From: Perna viridis
Lineage: Eukaryota
Reading direction: 5' to 3'
Assembly (NCBI GenBank): GCA_037379345.1
Contig: CM074514.1
Location: 11,346,001 to 11,410,000, forward strand
DNA length: 64,000 nt
Below are positions 35,401 through 50,400 of this stretch, one piece after another. The notes below the pieces were generated by a model. It was not told where the DNA came from. It ran no database searches and saw only the letters and a list, made by a program, of their open reading frames with translations. The first letter of the stretch is position 1, and each line of letters starts with the position of its first letter. The translations under genes were made by a program, and so were the position numbers.

Positions 35401-38400
35401 CCCAAGATTTTATAATGTTTTTAAATTGATTAAAATTTGATACTTTTCTACGCTCATCAGGTAGGTAATTCCATAAAACGGCTGCAGCATATTTAAAAGA
35501 GTTCTACCATTGGCAGTTGTTTATACTCTTGGTATATCTACAATATTTTAATATCTAAAATTATAATTTGAGTTTTTAAAAACAACAAGATGTAAACATG
35601 ATGGTGACAGTTTGTTTAAAATCTTAAAACACCTTTCAGCCATTATATACATCTTTCTGATCTTAAGCGATGATACTTTAGCTTGATCTAATAGTTCATC
35701 ATGTACTCTCATAGTCTTCATATGTAAGTCACAAGGCACTTTTTGTATTTTTTCCAATTGAGAAGTATTAATATTAGTGCAAAGAGGCCATGCCAAAGGA
35801 CAAAAGAATGAAAGTGTGAAATATGGTAATTTGACAACATCATCACAGGTTATTTCATCTCATTCAATATTAGAAACAGGCTTCATATTTTGTACTTTAT
35901 AGCATATAGCAGTAGCTTGAAATTTTTCAGGGTTGGCTTGCATACAATTTATTTTGAAACATTCTACTTTCCTATAAAAGAACAGACATTAAATTATTAG
36001 TCATAATCAACATAAAACAAGGTGTTATCATCAGCATAATTTTATAAAGTACTGTGCTCAGTGAAACAAAATACATTATTTATAAAGATGTAGAAAAGCA
36101 AGGGCCGAGTATAGAACCTTGAGCCACATACTTTGTGATGTCAGCCAAGTCACTGACTACTCCCTGCAGTTAGATTTGCTGCTTATTACCTGTTAAATAA
36201 TTTTTGAATAATTTCACAGATTTAGGTGATAAACCGTAAGCAAAGAGTTTACTTAAAAGAACATCATGTGGCAGACAATCAAAAGCTTTTGAAAAGTCTA
36301 TTAATATAACTGCAACATACTGGTTTTTATTAAGTGCAGATTTGTAATCTTCAAGGAGCTTCAGCAAAGTGGTCTGACACCTATGCCCTTTTCTCAAAGC
36401 ACATAAAAAAGAATGGAAAATGTTTTCAAATAATTTATCAATTTATCAGAAAGAACCATTTCATATAATTTAGATATGTGTTGGTAAAATACTGACAGGA
36501 CGGTAATTTTTCTTGTTCAGTGGATCACTTTTTTATATTAAGGTTCAACCTGTGGTTATTTAAGACTGTTTGGAAAATTACGATTACAAATACAATTATT
36601 TATTAAAGATGTAATATTTTTGATAAGAACAGAAGCCCTAGCACATAGAAGCTTGGTTGAGATATTATCAATACCTGTAGCTTTCTTAATATTAATTTTA
36701 CTAAGTAGTTCAGTAACATTGTCAATGTCTGTTGACTTGAACTTAAAACATGCATCTAGAAGCCCCAAACATTTACCAATTTTATTTTCAACATTTACAA
36801 AAATGTTTTAAAAGTAACACAAACATCTTTTTTATTATGAATAATTTTGTTGTTTATGACTAATACAATTTTTTGTTGCCCATTTAAAATTTTTTTATTA
36901 TAAGAATGGTTTAACCGTACTGTGAAAATGTTTTTATTTTGATCACCAGCACAGCTTTCTTAAAAATCAGTACATGTACTGTAAAAATATAAATTTTTGC
37001 GGTGTACTAATAAAACATAAAAGCATGAAAACTTGTACCAGCAAAATTGATTTTCAACACTATATACTGCTTATCTTTTTTTTTGAATCAGCGAAAATTG
37101 ATACCCACGAGTATATTCACTTGACTCAATCCGTGAAAATTAGCAACCGCAAAATATTAATATGTTTACAGTATTAACAGATTTTCTTTTAAGTTTAGTA
37201 ACATGATTTCATTGTTTTCTATAATCCTCCCATGTCCTGCCAAATCTACGTTTTTCAGATTTTCTTTCACAACATTTCTTTTGTATGGCTTTCCTCAGTT
37301 CTCTGTTCATATATTGGATTAATTCTTTACGAGGATATCTCTGCTTCATTGGTACATGTTCGTTAATAACATTTAGTACTTTCTCTTCAAAATAATTATA
37401 CAGAGTATTACAGCCTTTTGTATTCTCATCAGTATTGGGTGAAAATTCAATTTTATCAAGATCACATACATATTTGTCAGTATCAAAAAAAGAACAGTTT
37501 TTTTCAAATTGATATTAGACTGAAAACAGGCCATTAGTTTAAATCTTCGAAAATGCAATAGTCAAATTTGAAAACATTTTATCATGTTCATTCATTTTCA
37601 AATTATTCCTGCATAGAAGATAGACACACCTTGATAAAGTTGCCTGAGTTTTGATATTTTTGGATCATTTACCTGGGATAATCTATTTTGGGACTTTCAA
37701 ACATGTGTGCACTAGATTACTTTATTTTATATCTTGAATTTTAAGCTTATTTTCATGATTAATGTTCACTTGTGGACTTACTGACCTCTTTTATAGTTTT
37801 CATATACAACAGACTCAGATGCCTTACTATAATATTAAATTGTAACTCAACAAGTTTTTGACTGATTCTTCCATTTGTTTATCCATATTGCTGTATATTC
37901 AGTAGTGAGATTGGTGAACATAAGAAGTTTTAACAACACTGGCTATTTTGTTCTAAACCATTAATCATCAATTTAATATGAAGTTGAACTTTAGTTTTAA
38001 GTAATTTTCCTATTTAGTCTTATATTTCTGAGAAAGCCTGTTTAATGGAGTTGGGGTTGGCAGAAAATTACAATTACAGCCTCAACTATAATATGATAAC
38101 TACCAGTATGTAATAGGAGTGTCAGTGCTATTAAAATATCCAAACCAAAGTCAATTCTTTATGTTTCACTGGATTATTTAGTTATTATTAGTAGATAGAA
38201 ATCATGTTGGCTCTCTGTTCATCTGTCCATCCCCATATCTAATCTGCAACTCCTCTCAAACTACTGAATGGAATTTAATCAATATTTCTAAATTTCTGTA
38301 TCGCACAATACATTGTGCAACTTTTATTTTAATTTTCCATCTGAATGACTTTTGGTGTTTCCTTTATGCTTCCTAGGGAGTTGGGGCAGGGGGTATCATC

Positions 38401-41400
38401 AAGTGAGCTTTTTTTTAGTTTATACTTTTACTGTATTGTATTGTTTCCATTCATATACCCAAACCACAACTACAATACCAGCTCATTATATTGTGTAAAG
38501 ATAAACACAAGCCGTCTTAAACACAAAGAATGTCAAAATATTAAGCTTCCATTTGTTCACTTATTATTTGGTACTGTTCACTTTTAATCTGATGTTTTGA
38601 AACTTAATTATACATCCACTTTCAAAGTGGGGGTATATAGTGACAGGAGTGTCCATCTTTACTTCAGTTAGGCAGCTGAAGGAATTTAATAAAATTTTTA
38701 CATATTTTGTTTTTGCATTGTGCACCTCCTAATTTAGACTGAACAAAATCATTTAGTGGGTTTCACATACTGGTAGCAAAACATTGACTTTGTCATTTAT
38801 GAATATGGTGAAATGGAGAGACTCATGTCTTATCCACCACTGAACAGAATTTAATGGAACTTTAACAGAATCCTTATTACTCATTACCACTGTGCACATT
38901 CGTTTCAGATTTTGATCTAAATCATGTACAGGTCAAAGGGTACATGTTATCAAATGAAGCAGTGGGGGTATCAATTAAATGAACATTGCTCACAGTTTTT
39001 CTAGTTTGTTCTCTGACCAGTACTAGTATTTCCCTCTGTAAATTAATAAAAATCAAATTTAAAGTTGCATTTTAAATTGCAAAAACTTAATTTCTTCTAC
39101 TCAAATATTTATTTTAGAGTACCAGTGTAAACAATAAGAATTAAAATATCTTTTTCAACAAATTTTGGTCTTAATTATTGTTAATATTCAATGTGTTTTT
39201 TTTTCAGGCTTGTTAACAAAAATCATTGTCAATAATCGATGGTTACAGTTCCTGATGAATTTGACTGTAGATGGTATGACAATCTTAACTGTCCTGAAGA
39301 AGATAGTAGCCAGTACAATAGAAGGTGTACAACAACTAGCTATACAAGTCCTATCTAATATTATACACAGGGACCCACAGCAGGAATATTGCTTCCAAAT
39401 TCTACAAACTGATATTATAGGTGAGGCCTTATCTCAATATGTGATCAATTATCAATCTTTATTGAATATTGTGAGCAAGAAGTGTTTTATCCATCATTCT
39501 TATTGTGGTTTTTCCAATCAATCTACTTTCTCATAATTTAACTTGTGTAAAACTGTATAATGAGTTTAGTTATAAGAAATTAAAGAAATAGAAATACTGC
39601 AAAAGATTCCTGGTTTACAGAAATCACAGGCTTGCAGACACTTATGGGATTTATCTATAATTAAAACTCATAAAATATCATTAGGCAGACTTCTGACTTC
39701 TTTCACATCTTACTCTAGTGAAAGGAAGTCTTTCTGTGCTGTAGCATTCCAGCAAACTAACTTATGATTTACTTACTGGAGGCTTTGTTAGAAATTGGGA
39801 CCAAGAATTTCATTTTCCAGTGTCAGTTTCAAATACTAAAAGCAGTCTTCATTAGTTATTAATGTTCTTCCTCTTTCAACACACTTGTCCTTTACCAAGC
39901 AACACTACAAGCGTCTTACAAGTATCAGGAACTGCTTACCATTCCCTCCCTGTGTTTTATGTAGGCATTGTTCTGTTTGTTTCTGTTCACCCTTCCCTCC
40001 CTGTGTTTTATGTGGGCGTTGTTCTGTTTGTTTCTGTTCACCCTTTCCTCCCCGAGTTTTATGTGGGCATTGTTCTGTTTGTTTCTGTTCATCCTTCCCT
40101 CCCTGTATTTTATGTGGGCATTGTTCTGTTTGTTTCTGTTCACCCTTCCCTCCCTGTGTTTTATGTTTGCATTGTTCTGTTTGTTTCTGTTCACCCTTTC
40201 CTCCCTGTGTTTTATGTGGGCGTTGTTCTGTTTGTTTCTGTTCACCCTTTCCTCCCTGTGTTTTATGTGGGTGTTGTTCTGTTTGTTTCTGTTCACCCTT
40301 CCCTCCCTGTGTTTTATGTGAGTGTTGTGTTGCTTGTTACTGTTCACCCTTTCCTCCCTGTGTTTTATGTGGGCGTTGTTCTGTTTGTTTCTGTTCACCC
40401 TTTCCTCCCTGTGTTTTATGTGGGTGTTGTTCTGTTTGTTTCTGTTCACCCTTCCCTCCCTGTGTTTTATGTGAGTGTTGTGTTGCTTGTTACTGTTCAC
40501 CCTTTCCTCCCTGTGTTTTATGTGGGTGTTGCTCTGTTTGTTTCTGTTCACCCTTCTCTCCCTGTGTTTTATGTTTGCATTGTTCTGTTTGTTTCTGTTC
40601 ACCCTTCTCTCCCTGCATTTTATGTGGGCATTGTGTTGCTTGTTACTGTTCACCCTTTCCTCCCTGTGTTTTATGTTTGCATCGTTCTGTTTGTTACTGT
40701 TCACCCTTCCCTCCCGGTGTTTTTTGTGGGCATTTTGTTGCTTGTTACTGTTCACCCTTCCCTCCCTGTGTTTTATGTGGGTGTTGTGCTGTTTGTTTCT
40801 GCTCGTAAGTTTTAGCATTTATGTATTGTTTGTTACGTTATGTCCCCCATATTATTTTTGCCCTGTCTGTCTGTGATCTGTGTGTCTGTCTGTCATACTT
40901 TTTGTAAAGTGCAACTCTAAATTCCATGATGAAGGTAGGTAGTAAGGACATGGTATATAGTTGTACATGTTACTAAGAGTGTGTGTTCCACTGAATTTTG
41001 TAGGAGTTATACCCCTTTGAATTTTGGAATGGAGGGAGAGACACATTTTTGTAGGCATTTCTTATTCTTTGTTGTTTTGTCTAGACATTTTTAGAACTTT
41101 TGGTATTTTCACTCTTTATATCCCCATTGGGAAAGTAGGTATATATAGTAATCATAGTGTTTGTCCTTCCTTCCATCTATATGACCATTCAGTCCATTTG
41201 TCAATCTCCATCTTTTTCATTACAGTTTCCTCTGCAACCTTTTTATATTTTGACAGAAGCTTTATATGGGTATTCTGGTGTCAATATCCTTTTTGGCAAC
41301 TTCATTTATATATTGACCATGTGGTTTCTTTAATGAAGAACCTAGGATATCCTTCACAGTTTTTCTGGTTCTTATTCAGTATTGTTTGTTTAATATGATA

Positions 41401-44400
41401 TATATGTATATACTATTTTTCCATAATTTCTGTACAGAATTCTTGTTTGAGAAGTTGAATACAAGAAATACTGAAAATATTGAGTAAGACTTGTTCTTTT
41501 GCAAAATGTTGTTATTAATTATTTTAAGTACTGTAAACATATTAATTTTCGCTTTATACTGATTTTTACTGTTTTCATGGTGGACAGAAAATCATGAAAA
41601 ATAATACGTGTGAAATAAATAATTTATCATTATCTTATGCTAAATATTTTATGAAACAGTGAAAATTGATACCTGCGAATATGTTCACTTGACAGAATCA
41701 ACAAAAAATTAGCAACCATGAAGTTCATACGTTTACAGTAGTTAGTTTGGTTGTTGAGATTTTCAGTTTAAATAAGGATGCACAAACTATGATTACTGGT
41801 AATGTAATTAGGTTTTTGCCTTGTATTAATGTATTGAAGCATCCATGAAATTTGCTTCTAATTTCAAATTGGATTTCTTCAGCATATTGTTTGCTTTATG
41901 AAAGTGTCAATATATAAATAGCAGTTAATTTAGTTAATACCAGTAGGCTCTGTACATAATCAGGAATATTTCTTATTCCTGTGAAGTTAGAGATTTGTGT
42001 TATATCACTTTAATAGATCAGATAAAACAATGTAAAACAATCTAAGTGTGATAAACTGTTATTAAATGATTTTGCACCCTTTTCATGTTTTGTTCAATGA
42101 TCAGCACTACTGTTTAAAGGGGAACAACTGTTGTATTTTTATGCCTGAGGTAAAACAGTGCTTGCTGCCTACAATAAGTTTTCTATGGACAATTTTCCCA
42201 TGGGTTAGACAAGTCAGAGAGTCTCTCCCTGTAAATACACTAGTTTTAAGTTTGATGATGTGTTAGTCTAGATCATTTATTTATGGAAAGAACTTTTGGG
42301 ACAGTATTTTTGTTTTAATGGTTTTATTTGTTCTATTTATTTTTAGCAATGCATGTACCTGGTTTAACGAGGTACAAGCAACTGCGGTTATAATCTTTAG
42401 TCATTTTGATTATAGTTTACATGTATGAGTAATTAGCCTTTATGCTGTCAGTTAGCAGAAAGGTAAAATGTGGATTTTCAGTATTATTTATTCTAGTAAA
42501 TTTTGTGTAGAATTTATGTGATCATTGTACCATTAGCATAATGATTTTGAAAGCCTTATTTTCCAAGCTTTGTAATGGTATGCAACTTTAAGATGTCATT
42601 GTCCTGGGAATTCACGTTGAAACATTGAAAATTACTTTTTTTAACATATAAAGTAATGGAAATGTTAGAAGTGGTTAATGAGACCACAACCTGGTTGGCT
42701 GTCTCATAAGGGAAAGGAAGAACAGACTTTCACTAAACATTTGGAAACCAAGTTTTTTCTTTTTGTGAAGTAGCTAAATGGTTTGAAATAAATTATTTAA
42801 AAATATTCAAGTACTTACTGCAATTCCAATAAGTCAAATACTTGAATTGGAAGTCTACTGCTGTCCCTTGCTCAAGTTTGACAGTAAAACAGTGTGCTGG
42901 GTTTGAGAGTTACTTTCCTTTGCTCAAAATTTTAAAAAATGTAGTCGAGTCAGGAATATGAAAAATGTCTATTGTGTACTGCCAACATGTCTGTTGATAG
43001 CTTTATAAGCTTCTATTATTTCAGGAACATATTCCAGTGCCTTTGGCCATTATGTCACATGGAAGCATTTTATTCAAGGAACCATTCCATTTATGGTAGG
43101 TAAAAATGAGATAAAACAATCATTAAAAGCTTTGGTGAGGGCTGTTTGAATTCTTCTCTGCTATAAATATTCTCTAGTTTTCTAGGGCTGATCCAGAAAA
43201 TTATAAAAGAGAAGGGGTGTTCTGATCCTGAAATTCATTAAATGGGGATGGGGTTTTCATTTGCTCACTTTGCCCAAATTTTCAACAAACTAGAAAACTA
43301 GAGAAATTTCCAACAGAAGGTGTGCACAATAACATCAGGAACTGAAATGTTACATTTGACCTTTATTAGACATTGTGTATCATATCTTAGGATTAAAACA
43401 ATCAAATTCCACTTTTATTTTACATGTATAAAATTTGGTTAAGTTTTTCAAATGCCTAATTATACCCCTGCTTTGTAGGAGAAGTGGGTATACTGTTTTA
43501 TTAGTGTCTGTCATTTTTAGCTCACCTGGCCAAAGGCCATGTGAGCCATTGCCATCACTTGGCGTCTGTCATCATTAACAATTATACAAAACTTACAAAA
43601 ACATTAGAACATTTATTTTGGAATTGTGAAGTTGTACAAAGTTTTATTGAAGGTATAGACTACTGGTTTTTATCAAATGGTATAAGGCTATTGTTTAATA
43701 AGATGATTTTCCTTTTTGGTGATGTAAAAAAGATTTATAAAGGAGAAGCCACAAACTTAATTTTTCTAAGCCTGAGACAGTATATTAATAATATGAGATA
43801 TTCCAAAAAAAATATTTAGTATCTGTACTGTGAAAAAGGTATTGAAAGATTTATATTTCCTAGAAAAATGTATTGCTGTCAATAACAAACAAATTACAAA
43901 GTTCAATGAAGAGTGGAACAAATTTGATTTCGTAACACATATATGATTTGATTATCAAATGATAGAAACATTGTTTTTTTATAATATATAGTATGTAACA
44001 TGAAATATATATATCTAATCAAACATAAACCATTATTTATATTGTGTTACTAACATGACACACCATCAGACAAATTTATACTGGATTTTATTAAGTTTCC
44101 TTTTGGGAAGAGGTAGTACATCAATATCCTTTTCGTACTATACAAATCAAAAACCTTTTTTGTATATCTGCACTTTTGTCTTAAGAGTTTATTTTGTTAT
44201 TGACAAAACATCTCTTTGTCAGATATTTCTTTTTGAAATATTAGCATGCTATATATTGAATGAAAGACATATATTAAGATTTATATAGATTATTTTGTGA
44301 AGGAAATGTACTGACAAAAGCTAACAACTATATTTATTAGGATAATTTTAGTAGGATACTAATGTTAAGGAGGCCGGGATAAGGTATCAGTACTTGATTT

Positions 44401-47400
44401 TAAGACTAACAGATGTACAGATTGCAAATAAAAGATAAAAAATAAAAAAAAAAAAAACAATTATACAAAACTCTTCTCCTCTGAAACTACTTGACCAATT
44501 GAAACCAAACATGGTATGAATGTTCCTTTGGGTATCCTGCGTAGAACTGATATGGGGATTTTTGATTCGTCGAAAAACATAGGCACCATTGGTAAAAATA
44601 GAACATAGGGGTCAGACAGCAGTTTTTCACATATATCTTCTAAACCGTTAGGTTTAGCTAAATTCTGACATGGGGAAAAATGTATTCAGCATGATGAGAT
44701 CTATCTCTGGGCAAATTTTGTTTTAATCCGTTAAGCCATGTTGGAGTTATTGCCCTTTTTCAACGATTTTTGCCATTTTTAATGTTATTTCTTTCAAAAA
44801 TTTTCTCCTCTGACACTACTTGACTAATTGAAACCAAACTGGGTATGAATGTTCCTTGGGGTATCCTGCATAAAACTGTTGTGAGGATTTTTGATGCGTT
44901 GAAAAACACGGCAGCCGTTACTAAAAATAGAACATAGGGGTCAGACAGTAGTTTTTCACATATATCTCCTAAGCCGTTAGGTTTAGCAAAATTCTTTCAA
45001 TAGCTGAAATGATCCATAATATGAGGACTACAAAAGTCTTCAGGGATAAAATTTGTCGGATGACTCCTTGTAAGAGTTATTGTCCTTGAAAGGGGAAAAA
45101 TGACCTTTTTTATCAGTTTTCAGTCAATATCTTGAAAACTATGATAGATTAAAAGAAACTTTCAATTGTTGAGATGATCTTATGATAAGTCCTACCAAAG
45201 ACTTCTTGAGTCAAAATTGTTGGACAACTCCTTGTTAAATTAATTGCCTTTGAGCAATTCAGGCACTCTTGTTTCTTTCCCTAACACATTTTTCTCAGCT
45301 TCTGTAAGTCACAGGCTGTTGATATTTAGTACAAAGTTTTATATGGGTATATTGAATTGTGGAATGTGTTTTGTACTAATATGCCATCTAGTTTTTGTTT
45401 GCCAAAAAACCCTGAATTTTCCTTATATGCAGAGGTTATATACAATTTTCGTCGCTTTTTTCTTGGCCATTATTAATTACATGATGCTGCCTTTCTGAAA
45501 GGATATTGTATTGTGGGATGCAGACATTCTATAAGGATGTTGTATTGTGGTTTCCTGACTTTCTACAAGGATATTGTATTGTGGGATGCTGGCTGTCTAG
45601 AAGGATATTGTATTTTGGGATGCTGAATTTCCATAGGGATATTGTAAGTGTGGGATTTGTACTTTCTATATCTATAAGGATATTGTATTGTGGGATGCTG
45701 ACTTTCTGTAATGATATTGTATTGTGGAATGTGTACTTTCTATAAGGACATTGTATTGTGGGATGCTGACTTTCTATAAGGATATTGTATTATGGGATGT
45801 GTACTTTCTATGAGGATATTGCATTGTGGGATGTATACTTTCTATAAGGATATTGTATTGTGCTTTGATGACTTTCTAAAAGGATATTGTAATTTGGGAT
45901 GCTGACTTTCTATTAGGATATTGTATTTTGGGATGTGTACTTTCTTCAAGGTTGTTGTAGTTTGGGATATGTACTATCTATGTGGATATTGTAGTGTGGT
46001 TGTGTACTTTCTATAAAGATATTGTAGTGTGGGATGTGTACTGGCTATAAGGATATTGTATTGTGGTATGCTTACCTACTATAAGGATACTGTATTGTGG
46101 GATGTGTACTTTCTATAAGGATGTTGTACCGTGGGCTGCTGACTTTCTGTAAGGTTATTGTATTGCGGGATGTGGACTGTCTATAACGTTATTGTATTGT
46201 GGGATTAGGACTGTCTATAACAATACTGTATTGTGGAATTTGGACTGTCTATAACGATATTGTATTGTGGGATGTGGACTTTCTATAAGGATATTGTATT
46301 TGTGGGATACTGATTTTCAATAAGGATATTGTATTGTGGAATGCATTTTCTTACTCATTTAACATCTACTTTTTGTTTGCAGAAAAAACATGATTTTTTT
46401 TTCTTTATATTACTGGGGTAGTACTAGTCACTAACAAATGTTTTAACTTGCTTTGAACTATTTACCATAGTTTTATGTCTCATCTGTGATGAATGTCGCA
46501 AGGATAAGGTATTATGTTTCTGATATCAAAGTCAAGTTTTCTGATTAAGTCAGTTTGATATGAACTACTTTAGCTAGGTCCATCATATTTGGTATACAAT
46601 TCCATTAGTATCATTCTACCACAATTCTGTGTCCATTTCTATGTAAGACATTAACTCAGTGATTAGCAGTTTATTTTAAAATAGGTATAGAAGTCCTTTT
46701 GAAGACATTACAGACCCTAAATTCTATGAGCCACTATGGCTTAACAAAGAAAGTATTGGAGGTTCTTGCAGTCATTCTAGACAGGTATATTATAGAGATA
46801 AGCCTGCTTTCACTTTGGTTTTAAACTGATAAATCTTAAGAGAGTTTTTTTTTAAAAGATTTTATGTCATTTATAAGTGAAACACAGGAAAATGAATGCA
46901 CAAATAAAGAAAAAGGTGTATAACTGCATGTTGTTTTTTATTTGCATCTTGAAGTTAATCATAAATTTAATATTATCCATTCAGGCAACCCACGAAATCT
47001 GCACTGTTTGTGAACAGTATAACTTTGAAGTTATGTCTAGATGTAACAATGACAGTGGTGGACCACAGTCATCCAGGAGTCTTATTGGCTGCTATAAATA
47101 TGGCAGCAGCATTGTTGAAGTATGTAACAGGGATACAGGTTTTAGTCATAATCATCTTTTTGTACAATAACACTATGGTGTTACTTACATGTAGTCTGTT
47201 TTTGTAAGTTTGGTCCTTTGGGTGATGTAAGAGTAGGTTATACAATCAGGGTGAGGGATTCAGTAGTTATTTTAATGAAAGAAATCAATGCAAGTTTTGA
47301 GCATATGGATTGAGTCTGTGACAGAAGTTTATCCCTAATTTGTTTAACATTCAGATGAGGACTTTGTAAAGTTATGATGTCATGTTATTATGACAACTTT

Positions 47401-50400
47401 AACAACTGCAGTCTTTCATAATGATACTCAGGTTCAAATTTTTACCAAATTTCTTAATCAATGTTAGAATCAAATTTTCAGGAAAGATCACATGTTGAGA
47501 CCAGTACCAGTGACTGACATTAAAACTATCATAGACAAAATGACTGGGAAAGTTCAGACATTTGTATCGGAGACTGAGGTTTTTGAAAAAGAGAAGTCAA
47601 AGGTCAACCAAATCAGTAAATCTTATTGTAAGGCTATGTTAGCAGTTGGAAGGTTAGTATTCATTTTATCCTGTATTTTGTAGTTTTTGTACAGTTCTAC
47701 ATAAACTGAGGATGGATTCGTATTTAGTCAATATTTTAAATATATGTTAAATCAAGAATAGGCAGAAGGAGACTTCATCCCTCCCATAAAATTAGTAGAA
47801 AACTGTTTAAATGTAAATGACTGGAAACCTCAAGCAGAAATTTAATTACTGCCTGGTGTTTAAATGATTTAAATTTAAATGCACTTTTTCTCACCAGCTC
47901 AGAATGGAAGAAATTGGACCAATCATTTGATGGAATCAAAAAATAAATGTGAGATTATCAATATTAACACAAAAAGTCAAGGATAAAAGGATTTTATATA
48001 ATTGTTCTGTTTTTCTAAAAAATTCAACCCTTTTCCTTACAGGTTGGTACTAGACTGTAAGAAGGATCCATCTACTTGTTTGTCAGCTTTCTTGGCTCCT
48101 GATATAGAGGATTGTAAGGGATCTACTGTAGAAAGTTTAGGTGATGTGGTGGTGTCAATGGTCACACAGAGTGCTGTCTGTCTAGCTGTTGTATGTATAT
48201 TACCATTTACCATTTGATATATGATAGCTTTATGGAATAAAATGATGGTTTTTTTTTTTTTTGTTTTTGGTTTTTTTTAAGGAATGAATTCTTATGAATG
48301 TCAAAATGTCTTGGACAGGATTTTCCATTTTAAAATGAAAATCCACTTTTTTTCATTCAGGACTATTGTAATTTATTTAGTGTAATCAATACTTCAGATT
48401 GCAGATTTTATTTTTATTGTCAGCTCAGTAAAATCATGTCTGAATTCATAAGACTGTTATTCAGTTACACTTCAGCTAACCATTTGTAAGAACTTTGAAT
48501 ACATATCTGACATGATTAGAAGTTCTGTGAGACTGAGATAGCTGACAATTTTCATCCTGGTTGGATTGTCTTTTCGACATACTAACCATATTCATTCTCT
48601 TTTTACAGTATATTTGAGAGTACTCTTTACTTCACAAAACACAAATAACATTAAATTGATAAAGTTCATTGGGGTAGTATTCTTATGAATTCTTCGGGCA
48701 ATAATGATGATGATCAATCAGAATAAGTCATGTTATTTTTGTTTTATTTCAGACATTACTTGAGGACCCCATTAGCTGTACCTTACTGTCAATAATGATG
48801 ATAAATCAGAATATATTATTTTTGTTTTATTTCAGACATTACTTGAGGACCCCATTAGCTGTACCTTGCTGTTTCAATTACTAAACTGTCTACAGTCTTT
48901 AGATACTTTAGAACATAAGAACTGTATCTTACACTTAACCAATGAAGGATTATTGTCTAAGGCTGTTAGTGTTAGGTGTTCTCTCAGGTTATTACATACA
49001 TATTTTTGATTTATGTTATTTACTCTCAAACCTTTTTAGTATAGCTGTTCAGATTCATGCAACATTCTCAGATTATCTACCTGTAATAAACTCATTACCA
49101 ACTACAAAAATTACTTATTTTCACTTACTAGTTGCTTTTCATTACTTGATCATTCTAAATAAGTTTCCTATGTTCTGATTGGTCCATATGAGAGATGTGA
49201 TTTTTCTGCAGATTTTGTGGATTGTACGTTTACAAATCTGTATTTTACTGATCATTTTTAGCTCACCTTGCTGTAAGCTATTGTTATCATTGTTGTCGTA
49301 GTTAATAATTTTCCAACATCTTCTCCATTGAAACTACCACATGGATATGGATGAACTTATCACAATTGTTCCTAAATGTATCCTGCACAAAATGACCATT
49401 TGAATTTTTTGATCCATTAAAGAACATGGCCACCGTTATTAAAGATAGAACATAGGGATCGGACAGCATGACATTGTAAAAGTGTTCAATATTGTAAGAT
49501 CTATCTGTGGTCTAATTTTGTTGAAAATCTGTTGACTTATGTTTGAGTTAATGCCTTTTTGAACATTTTTTGCTGTTTTTTGATGCTATGACTTTCAATA
49601 ATCTCCTCAGAAACTCCTGTATAGAATTTGATGAAAGTTGGTATGATTATTTTTTAGGGTATCCTGCACTAAACAACTTTTTGGATTTTTGATCCATTAA
49701 AAAAAAGATGGCCACTGTAACTTAAAACAGAACATAGGGGTCGAAATACAATTTTTTGCAAATAGCTGAAATACTGTTGAATTTAGCAAAATTTTGATGG
49801 GAAGTAATATTGTTCACTATCAGGAGATGGACCTATGCTGAAATTTTTTAAATGATTTGATGCCTGATATAAGAGTTATGGCCCCTGAAACAGATTTTTT
49901 GTTGTTTTTCACGTGTACAACTTATAAATATTCTCTGAGACTAGTTGCGACAAAATTTAATGACAGTTGGCATAATTCTTTTTTAGGGTATCCTGCACAA
50001 ACTGATCATTTAAAATTTTCTTCGGTCAAAGCACATGGCTGTCCTTACTAAAAATAGAATGCAGGGTCAAAATGTTTTTTTTGCTATTGTTTCCTCAACT
50101 ATAGAAGAATAAGAAAATGAAAGTTACTCACAAGATAAACATGGTATTCTGAGTTGACTTACTTTATTGAAATTACTTATAGGCATCCATTTTCAAAATG
50201 AGTATGAGGATTCCAAACTGAGCAGGAATACTAAAGCTTGGGGCATAAGAAGTCAATTTGTATTATATGCTTGATGTGTTGCCATGGTTTAACTTCATTT
50301 TATGTACTTTTTCAGCAAGTGAATACTGGACTAATGCCCCTCAAACCCAGTGGAATAACAGGGCATGGGGGACCTCTGCACAAATTTTTCTCATAGGTTC

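Noticed and set aside
39862-40876. Long ORFs (Cys-rich, N/K/H-rich, hydrophobic) as standalone genes
   Set aside because: All are translations of one 51-bp minisatellite that is open in several frames.
48920-48932. U12-type donor (gtatctta)
   Set aside because: Deviates from GTATCCTT, and the reading frame continues to a GT donor near 48988.
49212-49223. 12-nt micro-exon (RFCGL) in MEI1
   Set aside because: Phase-compatible but too short to support; the model closes without it.
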